Below, piece after piece: positions 52,401 through 64,000 of a DNA stretch of 64,000 nt. Source of the DNA: Mobula hypostoma (lineage: Eukaryota); assembly GCF_963921235.1 (NCBI RefSeq), contig NC_086097.1:88848001-88912000 (forward strand). The letters run 5' to 3'. Below the pieces are notes generated by a model. It was not told the DNA's origin. It saw only the letters and a program-made list of their open reading frames with translations, and did not search any database. The first letter of the stretch is position 1. The number at the start of each line of letters is the position of its first letter. The position numbers and the translations under genes are program-made.

Positions 52401-55400
52401 CTACAATCTCGAGAGGCCTTGTTCTATTCAGAAGCAAAACTGATTTATCACTGGATATATTTCAGTAATCTGAAAAAAAATTGGTGTATTCTCACAAGTA
52501 CAGAAGGAGATAACATAACAGTCATTATCACGTCTTGACCTGTTCTTTTCCTCTTTCTGATGGCAATCGTAATCACTTTTTGTAATGTCTAGGCTATTGG
52601 TGGCACTGCAACTAAGATGGTAACAAACATTGCAAAGCTGCTCACTTGTGTAGAATAATATTTTTGGAGAATAGTTTGGGATCATTTAACTCTTGAAATG
52701 CTTAATCCTTCAAAAATCCCTTTGTAAACATACAGGAATCAACGTGGAGATGCGTAGTTTCTACCTCAATCAATTTCATCTCTTATCCTTCTACAGGAGG
52801 CCTGTTAATTACATTTTGTTAGTATGTAAATGAAATGCACATCATTAGAGCAATAGCTTTCAATATATTGATCTTGTACATAAATACGTATTATTACCAT
52901 GATGACAGTCAAAACTCTTTAAAGCCAGCTTTAACAGTCTCCTACAGGACCTCCATTGTTGGGGGGAAAAAAAATTTCCTACTTTTCTTCATGATCTGGT
53001 ATCTGCCCACTTCGCAAACAAAAATCTGCATGGGAAATCTTACCATTCACATTACAGGTTTTTGGAAAGCTTGCAAAGCAAAGCCTGTACACAAACCTGT
53101 GGTCCATACATGGCTACTGTGTCAGAAAGTACTGTAGATTTTCACACTTGGGCAGCCACAGTAGAAATCCAAACAGGGAATCAGATGTATAAAAGTTTCC
53201 TTATTTCCTTACAACTTTGAAGAAGATCATTCAATCTATTTGTCTATGCAAGTTCATAGAGCAATTTTATGCCCTGTCTAACTTCCTTTGCAACCTATTC
53301 TCCCTACATTACACCCCCAATTCAACCTACACTTTTGAGACACTTTCCAGTAGACAATCTCGGGGTGTCGGAGTTTGGATTTCAGAGTTTAATCCCAGCA
53401 TCCTCTGTAAGGAATTTGTATGTCCTCCCTGTCGAGTGCGCAGGATTTCTCTGGGTGCTCTGGTTTCCTCACAGTCCACAGGGGTACTGATTAATAAATT
53501 AATTGGGCATTGTAAGTTGTCCCACAAATAAATAAACAAATGAAATGTCTTTGGGATGCAAGAGGAAGCCCACATTGTCTCACGAGTCAGAAGTCAACCC
53601 AGTCTAAGTTTCCTTAGAAGATAACCTGCTCTTTTTAGTCATTACTCTCACTAAACTAGTCTGAAGCCAGCCTCCCCTTTATGAACTTTGTCTAAACTTC
53701 TCTCTGCCTCAGGAAGGTAGCCAACATAATAAAAGTCTCCACCCAACCCCCCCCCCACATTCTCGCTTCTCCCCTCTCCCATCAGGCAGAAGATACAGAA
53801 GCCTGAAAGTATGTATCACTAGGGTCAAGGACTGTTACCAGTCTCTTGAATGAACCCTTTGTACGATCAGAATAACTCATGGCCTCACAACCTACCTTGT
53901 AATGATCTTGTACGTCATCGTTTAACTGCATTGCATTTTTTCAGAAGCTTTTGCACTTTATTCTGCATTGTTATTATTTTACCTTTTTATATCTCAATGC
54001 CCTGTGTAAGGACCTGATCGGTATACACAGTATGTAAGATAAGCTTTTTACTATATCTGGATACCTGTAACAATAGTAAACTAAAACCAATACCAATGAA
54101 CTGCTTCAATCTATTCTTCTGAAACTAAGGAGACCAGTACTGTGAATTATACCCCAGGTTCTGCATTCCGAATAAATGTGTCTTGAGATATGGTGCCTTA
54201 CAACACCAATTTCAAAACAAGTGTGGACATTGCTTGGTGTTTTTTCATGGCCATTTCATTTGGAGAAAGCGACTTGGCAATCTCCCTCCATTCTCTCTGG
54301 GATCATGACAAGGCAAATCATCTCAGGACTATCCTGTTGTTCTGACTTCATGTTAACAGCCACCACAGGCCTCACTGACCCTTCCACTTTCACCTCCTGT
54401 GCAGAGGGCCAAGAGATATGACAGCCCACACACGAGACAAGGCATTACAAGCTCTGTGCTATGGATGGGTGTCCCACACCCTCACCCCCCCAAAACACTG
54501 TAATATCTTCTGTCCACTGATCATAGGCTGCAAAAGAACATCAATAGTTGTTAACTGCCTCTGATGTTCAAAGTTCATTGAAAATCAAATCAAATAGACT
54601 TAAAATTATTTTTAAAACATTTAACAAATAAAAACAAATTGAATGAAGACTGCCAGATGATTAAAGACAAGATAAAGTAAATTTTAGCTAAGGAAATGCT
54701 TACAATCATCTACTATGTTGCATTCCAGCTCAAAACCATATGCACAACAACTTATACACAGAAAAGCCCAAGAATGCATTGATAAGAAAATAATTATCGA
54801 ACTTAAAAGAGTACCTACATATAGGTAGGAAAATGATACTTATAATGTTTAATGTTTCTAACACCAAAGTCAATCCACTGAGGATTATATTGTTTGCATG
54901 ATTTGTTTTTTTTCCCGCACAGAGGGTATTTGACAGTCTTCTGTATTTTAATGAGCTCTTTTGGGTTTCTTTGTTTTGTGGCTGCCTGTAAGGAGACAAA
55001 TCTCAAGATTGTATACAGTATGCATACTTTGAACTTAAATCTGTAACAATGCAAAGTTTCAATTGATATCTGAAGGAAGCTGATCTTCTTTGGTTCCCTG
55101 ACAGCAGCCCAGGTTGAAGAGTGTCTTTCAATTGTAAATGAAAACAGAAGAGTCAGTATCGAAACTGGGTGTTTGAAACTGTGAGGCAGCAGAATTCCCT
55201 GCACTGCCTAGGCAGCCTCTGTTCACTCCCTTGATATGGAAACAAGCCTCAAGGGTTTATAAATTTCCTCTTAATTATCATAACATTTGTCCATGTCAAA
55301 GCACAGAATAAAGAAGAGTTCATGTAATCCTCCTCAAGTTGAATGTCAGCCTGAGACTATAAAGCAACAACTTTGATCTGAAATTACTGCTTCATTTCAA

Positions 55401-56049
55401 TAGTTTTCATTGCTCTTGTTTGGACTGAGGAGATCAAATAAATCTGGGTATAAAGATATGACAGTACATGTCAAAAGGAGATATTTTCGCTCTATGCTTT
55501 GTGTCCAGCTTTGGTCTGCACTAAATTTGCTGACTAGAAGGTGTCACATTTATTAAGAAAAGTGAGAGTGCATTCTCATCAATAATAAAACAAAGAAAAT
55601 CCAAATTCTTTCAGGCTAGGTTCACAATATTGATTAAACCAAGCTGTACCAGGCCAGAGGCACATTGATTATGAAGATTTGGCTGAGATCTCAACTGTAC
55701 CAGATTAAGGTCTGAATGATAATCAATAAAACTGAACTACCACTAGCATCATATTAGTAAAGGACTATAATGGTCATAACAGCAGATCACATATTGATAA
55801 TGGACTGAAATGACCAAACTAAGGGTCACATTCAACACCCATTTCACCAGACTGGCAGCCATTGAAAATGATCTGTGCTGGAATAGAGTCACATTAACAA
55901 AGAACTGATCCGAAGTGAGTTAAATTGGGGCCTGCTTACTAATGAAGTGAGCTGACCTATATGGTCTCATTGTCAATGGATTTAGGTGACTTCCATCAGG
56001 CTGGGGTAGCAGTAGTAATGAACAAAGCTGACCTGTACCAGATTATTCC

Positions 56050-56475
56050 AAATGGGTAGCCTCCAACCTGATGGCATGAACATCGATTTCTCAAACTTCT
56101 GGCAATTGCCCCACCTCCCCTTCACCATTCCCCATTCTTGTTTCCCCTCTCTCATCCTCTTTCCTTACTTCCCCCTGGTGCTCCTCCTCCTTCCATGGTC
56201 TTCTGTCTTCTCCTGTCAGATTCCCCCTTCTCCAGCCCTTAATCTCTTCCACCAATCAACTTTGCATCTCTTTACTTCACCCCTCCCCCTCTCCTGGTTT
56301 CACCGATCACCAGCCGTCATGTACTTCTTCCCTTCTCCCCCCACCTTCTTACTCTGACTTCTCCTCTTTCTTTCTAGTCCTGATGAAGCGTCTTGGGCTG
56401 AACCATCAATCGTTTACTCTTTTCCGTTGATGTTACCTGCCCTGTTGAGTTCCTCCAGCATTTGTGTGTGTTGTA
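56050..56475 (+). mobile_element. Penelope 3' end fragment with pLTR
   Basis: MGSLQPDGMNIDFSNF, pyrimidine-rich UTR and degenerate pLTR. Confidence 0.85.
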
Positions 56476-56728
56476 CCAGAATGGGTTTGCATTTCTAGCC
56501 TACACTGATCTCAGCAAACACTGACTTATTTAGCCAGTATTTAACTGTGCCAAAATGGTTTATATCAGCAAGGACAGATTTGTTGAAAATCCAGGTTTGC
56601 CTCAGTTTTTCATTATCTTGTCTGCACGTCAGTGAGTACAGGGTTTGAGTCTCACTCCAATGATACCAAGAGCACTTGGAGATGGAGGTACCAGCTTTTG
56701 AAAGTAATGATAAAAAGGTAATACTATA

Positions 56729-57303
56729 CACTCAGTGGCCATTTTATAAGGTATGCTGCTCAATAATGCAAATATCTAATCAGCCAATCATGTGGCAGTA
56801 ACTCCTGTGTTCAAAAGCATGCAGAGATGGTCAAGAGGTTCTATTGCTGTTCAGAACAACACCAGAATGAGAAAGAAATGTGATCTAAGTGACTTTGACT
56901 GTGGAATGATTGTTGGTGCCAGACAGGGTAGATTGAGAAGCTCAGAAAGTACAGATCTCCTGGGATTTTCATGCACAGCATTTTCCAAAGTTTATAGGGA
57001 ATGGTGCAAAAAACAAAACAAAAAAATCCAGTGAGTGGCAGTTCTGTGGGCAAAAATGCCTTGATAATGAGAGAGGTCAAAGGACAATGGCCAGACTGGT
57101 TCAAGCTGACAGGAAGGTGACAGTAACTCAAATAACCATGTGTTACAACAGCAGTGTACAGAAGAACAACTCTGAACATACAACACATCAAACCTTGAGA
57201 TGAATAGGCTACAGCAGCAAAAGACCACAAAGATACACTCATTGCCACTTTATTGGGTACATTATTAGATACCTACTGTACCTAATAAAGTGGCCACTGA
57301 GTG
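56729..57303 (+). mobile_element. Non-autonomous Tc1-like element, copy 3
   Basis: ta|cactcagtggcca ... tggccactgagtg|ta; MRKKCDLSDFDCGMIVGARQG...DLLGFS helix-turn-helix remnant. Confidence 0.88.
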
Positions 57304-57305
57304 TA

Positions 57306-57374
<69 letters not shown>
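57304..57374. repeat. Compound (TG)n(TA)n microsatellite
   Basis: Directly visible, abutting the Tc1-like right end. Confidence 0.97.
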
Positions 57375-57378
<4 letters not shown>

Positions 57379-58839
57379 TTGCTTCATCTCTCTCCTAAGT
57401 GAAACCCCTCCCCCCATATTTAAACAGTGTTTCTTTCACAATATGAAACATTATCTCTCACATCCAACCTGTCAAGACCCCCAAGGATCTAATATGTTCA
57501 TATCAAGTCCCAACACATTCTCCAGGAGTCCAGCAAACACAAGCACTGTTTGTTCAACCTTTCCTCACAAGGCACCAGCCTAGCTGTCAGCATTGGAAAC
57601 CTTTTCAACTGCCTCCTACTCATTAACACCCTGATTGAAACCAGGAGATCAACACTATTCACAGTATACCAGACAAGGTCTCACCGAAGTCCTATATAGC
57701 TAATGATGCATGTAGAAGTTTCAGGAAAATCAGAAAAGTTGTCCCCGGTTTCCTGGCTAATATTTATCCCCGAAACATTATGATTAATATTGTTGAGATA
57801 CTCATTACAACTTGTTGTTTCACATATTGTCAACTGTGTTTCCTATATTACAATACTGTTTAAAATTGATCTTGTTTGGCTGTCGATTCTGGCCATTAGG
57901 TTATGCTGGAGCAACAGATATTGTTGAGGGGCACTGGAGCAAACTAAGCAATCAAATTTCTGAAGTCATGATTGATCCTATGACTGTATCAGATACAAAA
58001 ATACTATCTAGAGAACCAATGATACACTTTTATATATGAACACAGATGGAGTTCAAAGTAGGTTAGACAGAATCTATGGAAGGACTAGTCCCAATGGGTC
58101 ATTGATTTTTACTCTGTATTAAACTATTAGCATCAGATAGTTTGACTAAAAGTAACATCTATGCCTACTATAAACACAAGAAATTCTGCAGATGCTGGAA
58201 GTTCAAAGCAACACACACAAGATGCTGGAGGAACTCAGCAGGTCAGGCAGCATCAATGGAAATGAATAAACAGTCAACGTTTCAGGCAAAGATCCCTATG
58301 TATACTGCCCCTTTGTAACTAGTACCATTCGGCTTTTGGTCTGTAGTTGCTAAACTTTAACAATTCTCAAGGTTTAAAATATTCATGACGAAGATAAATC
58401 TCAAGAAAAATACGATCAGACTCTAACATCAAGACCCTTTCATGAATAGCTTGCAATCTGCTGTGTAGCCAAGAGAAACAGAACATTTTCCTCAAGAAAC
58501 ATGGACAGTTTATTTTTAGCAGCCCCTTAATTCTTGAATTTAAAGGCACAGTCTCTACAGAATTAGATAAATGGGATTTAAATGTATATATCTTGTGAAA
58601 TTAGTGTAATCTTAATGTAAAGACACAGTCATCTAGAGTTTTCTGTAAATTGGACTTCAACACAGTCTCCTTTAGTTTAGTGTCAAGTAAATTTAAGATA
58701 CAGCTCCTTTTAGATATACAGTGGATTCTGGCTAATTGGGACACATCAGGACCACTACATTTTGGCTCAATTAAGCAACAGCCCTAATTAGCTAAAGTTT
58801 CTTGGAAATAGTCAAAAAGATATAAAAAGACAAAGATCG

Positions 58840-58873
58840 GTCGACGTTTCGGGCCGGAGCCCTTCGTCAGGAC
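58840..58873 (-). ncRNA. Minimal type I hammerhead ribozyme motif in Penelope pLTR
   Basis: GUC-CUGACGA-A-GGGC(UCCG)GCCC-GAAA-CG-UC^GAC: intact core, stem I GUC/GAC, stem II, palindromic ACGU stem III. Confidence 0.75.
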
Positions 58874-60803
58874 TGTAGGGGGAAGGGGCAGAGGCCCTAT
58901 AAAGAAGGTGGGGGGAGGGTGGGAAGGAGAAGGCTGGTAGGTTCCAGGTGAAAAACCAGTAAGGGGAAAGATAAAGGGGTGGGGGAAGGGAGGCAGGGAG
59001 GTGATAGGCTGGAAAGCTGAAGAAAGAATACGGGAAAACACAATGGGTAGTAGAAGGAGGCGGAACCAAGAGGGAGGTGGTAGGCAGCTGGGGGAGGGGG
59101 CAGAGTGACATAGAGATAGGGGAAGGGAGGGGGAGGGAATTACCGGAAGTTGGAGAATTCTATGTTCATACCAAGGGGCTGGAGACTACCTAGACCGTAT
59201 ATGAGGTGTTGCTCCTCCAACCTGAGTTTAGCCTCATCATGGCAGTAGAGGAGGCCATGTATGGACATATCTGTATGCGAGTGGGAAGCAGAGTTGAAGT
59301 GGGTGGCTACTGGGAGATCCTGTCTGTTTTGGCGGACGGAGGTGCTCGAAGAAGCGGTCCCCCAATCTGTGTCAGGTTTCACCGATGTAGAGGAGGCCAC
59401 ACCAGGAGCACCGGATGCAATAGATGACCCCAACAGACTCACAAGTGAAATGTTGCCTCACTAGGAAGTGCTGTTTGGGGCCCTGAATGGTGGCAAGAGG
59501 GGAGGTGTAGGGACAGGTGTAGCACTTGCGCTTACAGGGATAAGTGCCAGGTGGGAGATCCGTGGGGAGGGGCTGTGGACCAGGGAGTCGCGGAGGGACC
59601 GATCCCTGCGGAAGGCGGAGAGGGGTGGAGAGGGAAAGATGTGCTTAGTGGTGGGGTCCTGTTGAAGGTGGCGGAAGTTGCGGAGGATAATGTGCTGGAT
59701 CCGGAGGCTGGTGGGGTGGTAGGTGAGGACAAGGGGAACTCTGTCCCTGTTGTGGTGGTAGGAGGATGGGGTGAGAGCCGAAGTGCAGGAAATGGAGGAG
59801 ATGCGGGTGAGGGCATCATTGATGATGGCAGAAGGGAAACCACGATCCTTAAAGAAAGAGGACATTTGAGATGTCCTGGAACGGAAAACCTCATCCTCAG
59901 AGCAGATGCGGCAGAGACCGAGGAACTGGGAATAGGGAATGGCATTTTTGCATGTGGTGGGGTGGGAAGAGGTATAGTTGAGGTAGTTATGAGAGTCAGT
60001 GGGCTTGTATAAGATGTCAGTGGATAGTCTGTCTCCAGAGATGGAGACTGAGAGATCGAGAAAGGATCGGTCCCTCCGCGACTCCCTGGTCCACACGTCC
60101 CGCCCCACGGATCTCCCACCTAGCACTTATCCCTGTAAGCGCAAGTGCTATACCTGTCCCTACACCTCCTCTCTTGCCACCATTCAGGGCCCCAAACAGC
60201 ACTTCCAGGTGAGGCAACACTTCACTTGTGAGTATGTTGGGGTCATCTATTGCATCCGGTGCTCCCGGTGCGGCCTCCTCTACATCGGTGAAACCTGACG
60301 CAGATTGGGGGACCGCTTCGTCGAGCACCTTCGCTCCATCCGCCAAAACAGACAGAATCTCCCAGTTGCCACCCACTTCAACTCTGCTTCACATTCCCAT
60401 TCAGATATGTCCATACATGGCCTCCTCTACTGCCATGATGAGGCTAAACTCAGGTTGGAGGAGCAACACCTCATATACCATCTAGGTAGTCTCCAGCCCC
60501 TTGGTATGAACATAGAATACTCCAACTTCCGGTAATTCCCTCCCCCTCCCTTCCCCTATCTCTATGTCACTCTGCCCCCCCTCCCCCAGCTGCCTATCAC
60601 CTCCCTCATGGTTCCACCTCCTTCTACTACCCATTGTGTTTTCCCGTATTCTTTCTTCACCTATCCTGCCTATCACCTCCCTGCTTCCCCTCCCCCACCC
60701 CTTAATCTTTCCCCTTACTGGTTTTTCACCTGGAATCTACCAGCCTTCTCCTTCCCACCCTCCCCCCACCTTCTTTATAGGGCCTCTGCCCCCTCCCCCT
60801 ACA

Positions 60804-60837
60804 GTCCTGACGAAGGGTTCCGGCCTGAAACGTCGAC
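60804..60837 (+). ncRNA. Minimal type I hammerhead ribozyme motif in Penelope pLTR
   Basis: GUC-CUGACGA-AGGGUUCCGGCCU-GAAA-CG-UC^GAC. Confidence 0.72.
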
Positions 60838-60965
60838 CGATCTTTTCCACGGATGCTGCCCGACCTGCTGAGTTCCTCCAGCGTGTTGTGTGTGTTGCTT
60901 TGACCCCAGCATCTGCAGATTATTTTGTGCTTATAAAAAGACAAACTACCATTTAACTGAGTAAC

Positions 60966-61805
60966 TGACATAAGAGGGGACTAAAGGCAGACCCAAATGC
61001 AAGACAGAGACACTGACGTACTGGGAACTGGACTGGACTAGAGACTAGGAGCTGGGACAGGAACACAGACTTGGGCTAGGGCTTCGGCTGGAAAAGCAGG
61101 AGCAGTACAAAGAACTGGGAACTGGGAGCCTGGGTTTGGACTCTGAGCCAGAGACTGGACAAGGACCCAGAGCCTGGGTCTTGACTCGGGCTCAGACCCC
61201 GGAACTAGGTGAGGACATGACATGGCAGCAAGACTGAACGCAGGCTTGGGTTCTTCGAGGCACTTCTGGGCAGAACGAGGTACTCCTTCTCAGAGCACAA
61301 GGCCGGGACCCTTCCTAGGACACCGGGCCAGGATGACCGCGGAGGTAAACCGCCAAGGAAACTTTCAGGGATTCAGATGGGGAGGGGAAGAGAACAGTCC
61401 TGCCTCAGGGTAACGGCAAAGACGGCCTGGCTTACCCAACGGAGGCAAGAACAGGAAGGGACAAATCCAACTGCAGGGTAACAGCAAGGACAGCCTGACT
61501 TACCCCACGGAGGCAGGGGCAGGAAGGGAGCTCAATCCAGGATGACTCCAAGTCTCGGGGCGGCCAGCAACCTGGGCTGGCTACAGAAACAGGCGAATCC
61601 ATACCTAGCTCAAAGTGGCAGACAGCCACTCAGCTGGCCCCAGAAATAGTTGAATCCATACCACGATGACTGCTCCGACCAGAGACAACAAGGCTCCATG
61701 AAGCGGTGGTCCTCCAACCAGGCCTCAAGATCACAAATGGCTGCTCTAGCCTTCCACCAGCAGGTTGCTCCAAGGGGATACTGACAAGACGAACCAGCCC
61801 CCACA
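60966..61805. mobile_element. Probable LTR-like repeat, truncated by the Nimb-type LINE
   Basis: Starts with TG(ACA) immediately after the MITE remnant; GC-richer with internal short repeats (ggaactgg, cttaccc...cggaggca); no retroviral ORF seen. Confidence 0.4.
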
Positions 61806-64000
61806 CTTCTTCCTTGAGTTTTTAACGGCAGTTGGCATCCACACTGTTGCATTACTGCCATCTTCAGGATTTATTGTCCCTCATTGTCCATTCACTTTAA
61901 AGCCGTCTTTCCACTCCCATCACTGTTAAAAAAACTGAACAACCATTTCCTCCCCTGATCACTCCCCCCACATTCCAATAAACCTTTAACACTGTTCTCT
62001 ACCAGTCCTATTTTGCGTAATTGTTGTAACATTTGTTGTCTTTCCTGTGCAAATTTCCTGCATGAAATAAGGATATGCTCTACTGTTTCAGTTTCCTGAC
62101 ATAGATCGCAAAAATCTGTTGGATATTTATTTATGATGGCCAGAGTGCCATTAAGGTTGCTGTGCCCAATTCTCAGTCTACTTATAATTACTTGCTCCTT
62201 CCACTTTACTCCCCTACTTCTTCCCATATCTACTCTGTTCTGAATTGAATGTAAATGTCTTCCTTTTATTGCTCTATCCCAATGTTGCTGCCACTGTTGA
62301 TTTATCCCTCTCCACATTATGCTCTTCCCTTCTTATTTTGATAGTCTAATATTGACCTCTACAGATCCGTTTTTGACTGCTGCTATTGCCAGCCTATCTG
62401 CTGTCTCATTTCCCATAATACCTGAATGTGCTGGAACCCACATGAATGCGATATTTTTGCCTTGTCTAGCCAGTCTTGAATTTGCAAACAGGATTTCATA
62501 AAGCAGATCCTGGTGACCTCTAGCTGTACCCGTCTTAATGCTTGCAAGGGCCGATACAGAATCGTTACATATCACGATATTATTACAATCAACCTACTCA
62601 CTCCATTCTAGTGCTAACAATATGGCAAACATTTCAACTGCATATACTCTCTAACAATCAGGTGTTCTCTTGCTAACTTCCACTTGATAACTTGACAATT
62701 GCAGACCCTGTTGCACCTGTTTCTGGATCCTTTGATCCATCCGTAAAAATCTGTACGCCTTTATAGTTGCATTCCCTATAACTATGATATTCACTGAGTA
62801 TATCAGCTGTCTTATTACTGTGTTTAATCTTAAGCGATTCCAAATCTACAGAGGGATTTTCTAATAGACAGAAAGGTCTGACAGGCCACACCACACATGG
62901 ACAAAACTCTTTATCATATACACCTATATCTTTTGCTGTTTGCTGTTCTGTCCAGCCAAAACTTTCATTTCGGTCCTCTCCTTCTCTCAGCATGTCTGCA
63001 ACACCCTTTTTGTAGGATGGCTATCACCATGCCCCCTTAAATTAATCCAGTGATTGGCCTCCAGCTGTTTACGCCACAGCCCCAGTGGCATTTCATTTGC
63101 CTCAACTTGGAGTGCACACACTGGGGAAGTTCTAACCGCTCCCAAGCACACCCTTAGAGCCCGAGCTTGCACGATATCCAGTTCTGCCAGCACAGATTTT
63201 GCTGCTGACCCGTGTACAATACTTCCATAGTCTAATCTTGATCTCATTAATGCTACATAAATATACTGCAGTGATGCAAAATCAGCACCCCATTCCAATC
63301 CAGCAAGACACCTCATGACATTTATCACATTTTTACATTTAGTAACTACATATCTAACATGGTCTCTCCATGTTAATCTCAGGTCAAAGTGCACTCCCAA
63401 AACCGAAAACTTTCAACTCTCTCCAGATACTTCCATACAGCTTCAAATTAAGTCCCCTGAACTTTTTCCTTGTAAAGAACATGGCTTTTGTCTTATCCAC
63501 TGAAAATTTAGCACCCCACTTTGTCCCCCACTCTTCAACTTGATTAATTCCATCTTGCATTTTCATAACTATACGTTCAATATTTCTCCCTCTTTTCTAC
63601 AAAGCCCCATCATCTGCAAACAATGACCTCCCCACTTCTGTTGGAATATTTACGAATATATCATTTATCAAAATGGAGAATAAAGTTGGACTCACTACAC
63701 TCCCTGATGCGTCCCATTTTCTACAATATACTGGCTTGATAGCTCTGATCCTATCTTCACCTGAATAGTTCTCCCGTTTAGAAAGTCCTTAACCCAATTG
63801 AACATCGCCCCCCCCCACAATTCCCATTAAATGTAGTTTGATTAGGAGCCCCTCTTTCCATAACATATCATAAGCTTTCTCAACATCAAAAAAACTGCAA
63901 CCACTGTCTCTTTATTTACTTGAGCTTTTCTTATTTCATCCTCTAGACACAACACTGGATCCATAGTATTCCTTCCTTTCCTGAACCCGCTGTGATACAT
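61806..64000 (-). mobile_element. I-group (Nimb-like) LINE with RT, RNase H and CCHC domains, frameshifted; continues beyond the window
   Basis: RT LFADD region near 63610-63625; SRLDYGS; RNase H IFTDGSK, ICNDSVSAL and WVPAHSGIMGNETADRLA; RLRIGH...CDLCQETETVEHILISC; 3' hairpin ggcagtaatgc...ccaactgcc and a gaag-rich tail. Confidence 0.9.

Larger units (their letters stand above)
58835..60931. mobile_element. Penelope-like element with a long inverted duplication (minus copy 58835-60063, plus copy 60064-60931)
   Basis: GIY-YIG motif GVIYCIRCSRCGLLYIGET; RT thumb region FLDLSV...YKPTDSHNYLNYTSSHP; 14-bp TSD tataaaaagacaaa at 58821-58834 and 60932-60945. Confidence 0.95.
58719..60965 (+). mobile_element. 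Tigger/pogo-like MITE left part (58719-58834, resuming 60946-60965), host of the Penelope insertion
   Basis: ta|cagtggattctggctaattggg terminus; sequence resumes after the duplicated target site; right end not found. Confidence 0.55.

Noticed and set aside
52400..55900. Exons or 3' end of a neighbouring upstream gene
   Set aside because: Short ORFs show no recognisable protein similarity or consistent splice phases; an untranslated region cannot be excluded.

Overview
This is eukaryotic, repeat-dense vertebrate DNA. The repeat content (CR1, Rex1/Babar, Penelope, Nimb-type LINE, V-SINEs, Deu-SINE remnants, hAT and Tc1/mariner MITEs) points to a cartilaginous fish, probably a ray; that is an inference. 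The only host gene I can support is a minus-strand fibulin-7-family gene. Four coding exons (42371-42436 signal peptide, 15200-15356 coiled-coil-like, 11538-11708 sushi/CCP, 4909-5034 calcium-binding EGF) splice in frame with GT-AG sites, and the remaining exons appear to lie left of the window. Most other ORF-track entries are transposon fragments or noise. The most unusual observation is a 178-bp GC-rich piece of a CYHR1/ZFTRAF1-like coding sequence at 9415-9592. It is circularly permuted, its two outer ends rejoin to the exact native codons, and it sits inside a small TSD-flanked RTE-like element, which suggests capture through a circular intermediate. Also notable: minimal hammerhead ribozyme motifs in Penelope repeats, an inverted Penelope with a 14-bp TSD, several nested transposon stacks, a near-intact CR1 ORF2 splitting a minisatellite, and a degenerate periodic AT-rich motif upstream of the gene. 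All family assignments come from motif recognition by eye; no database search was run.
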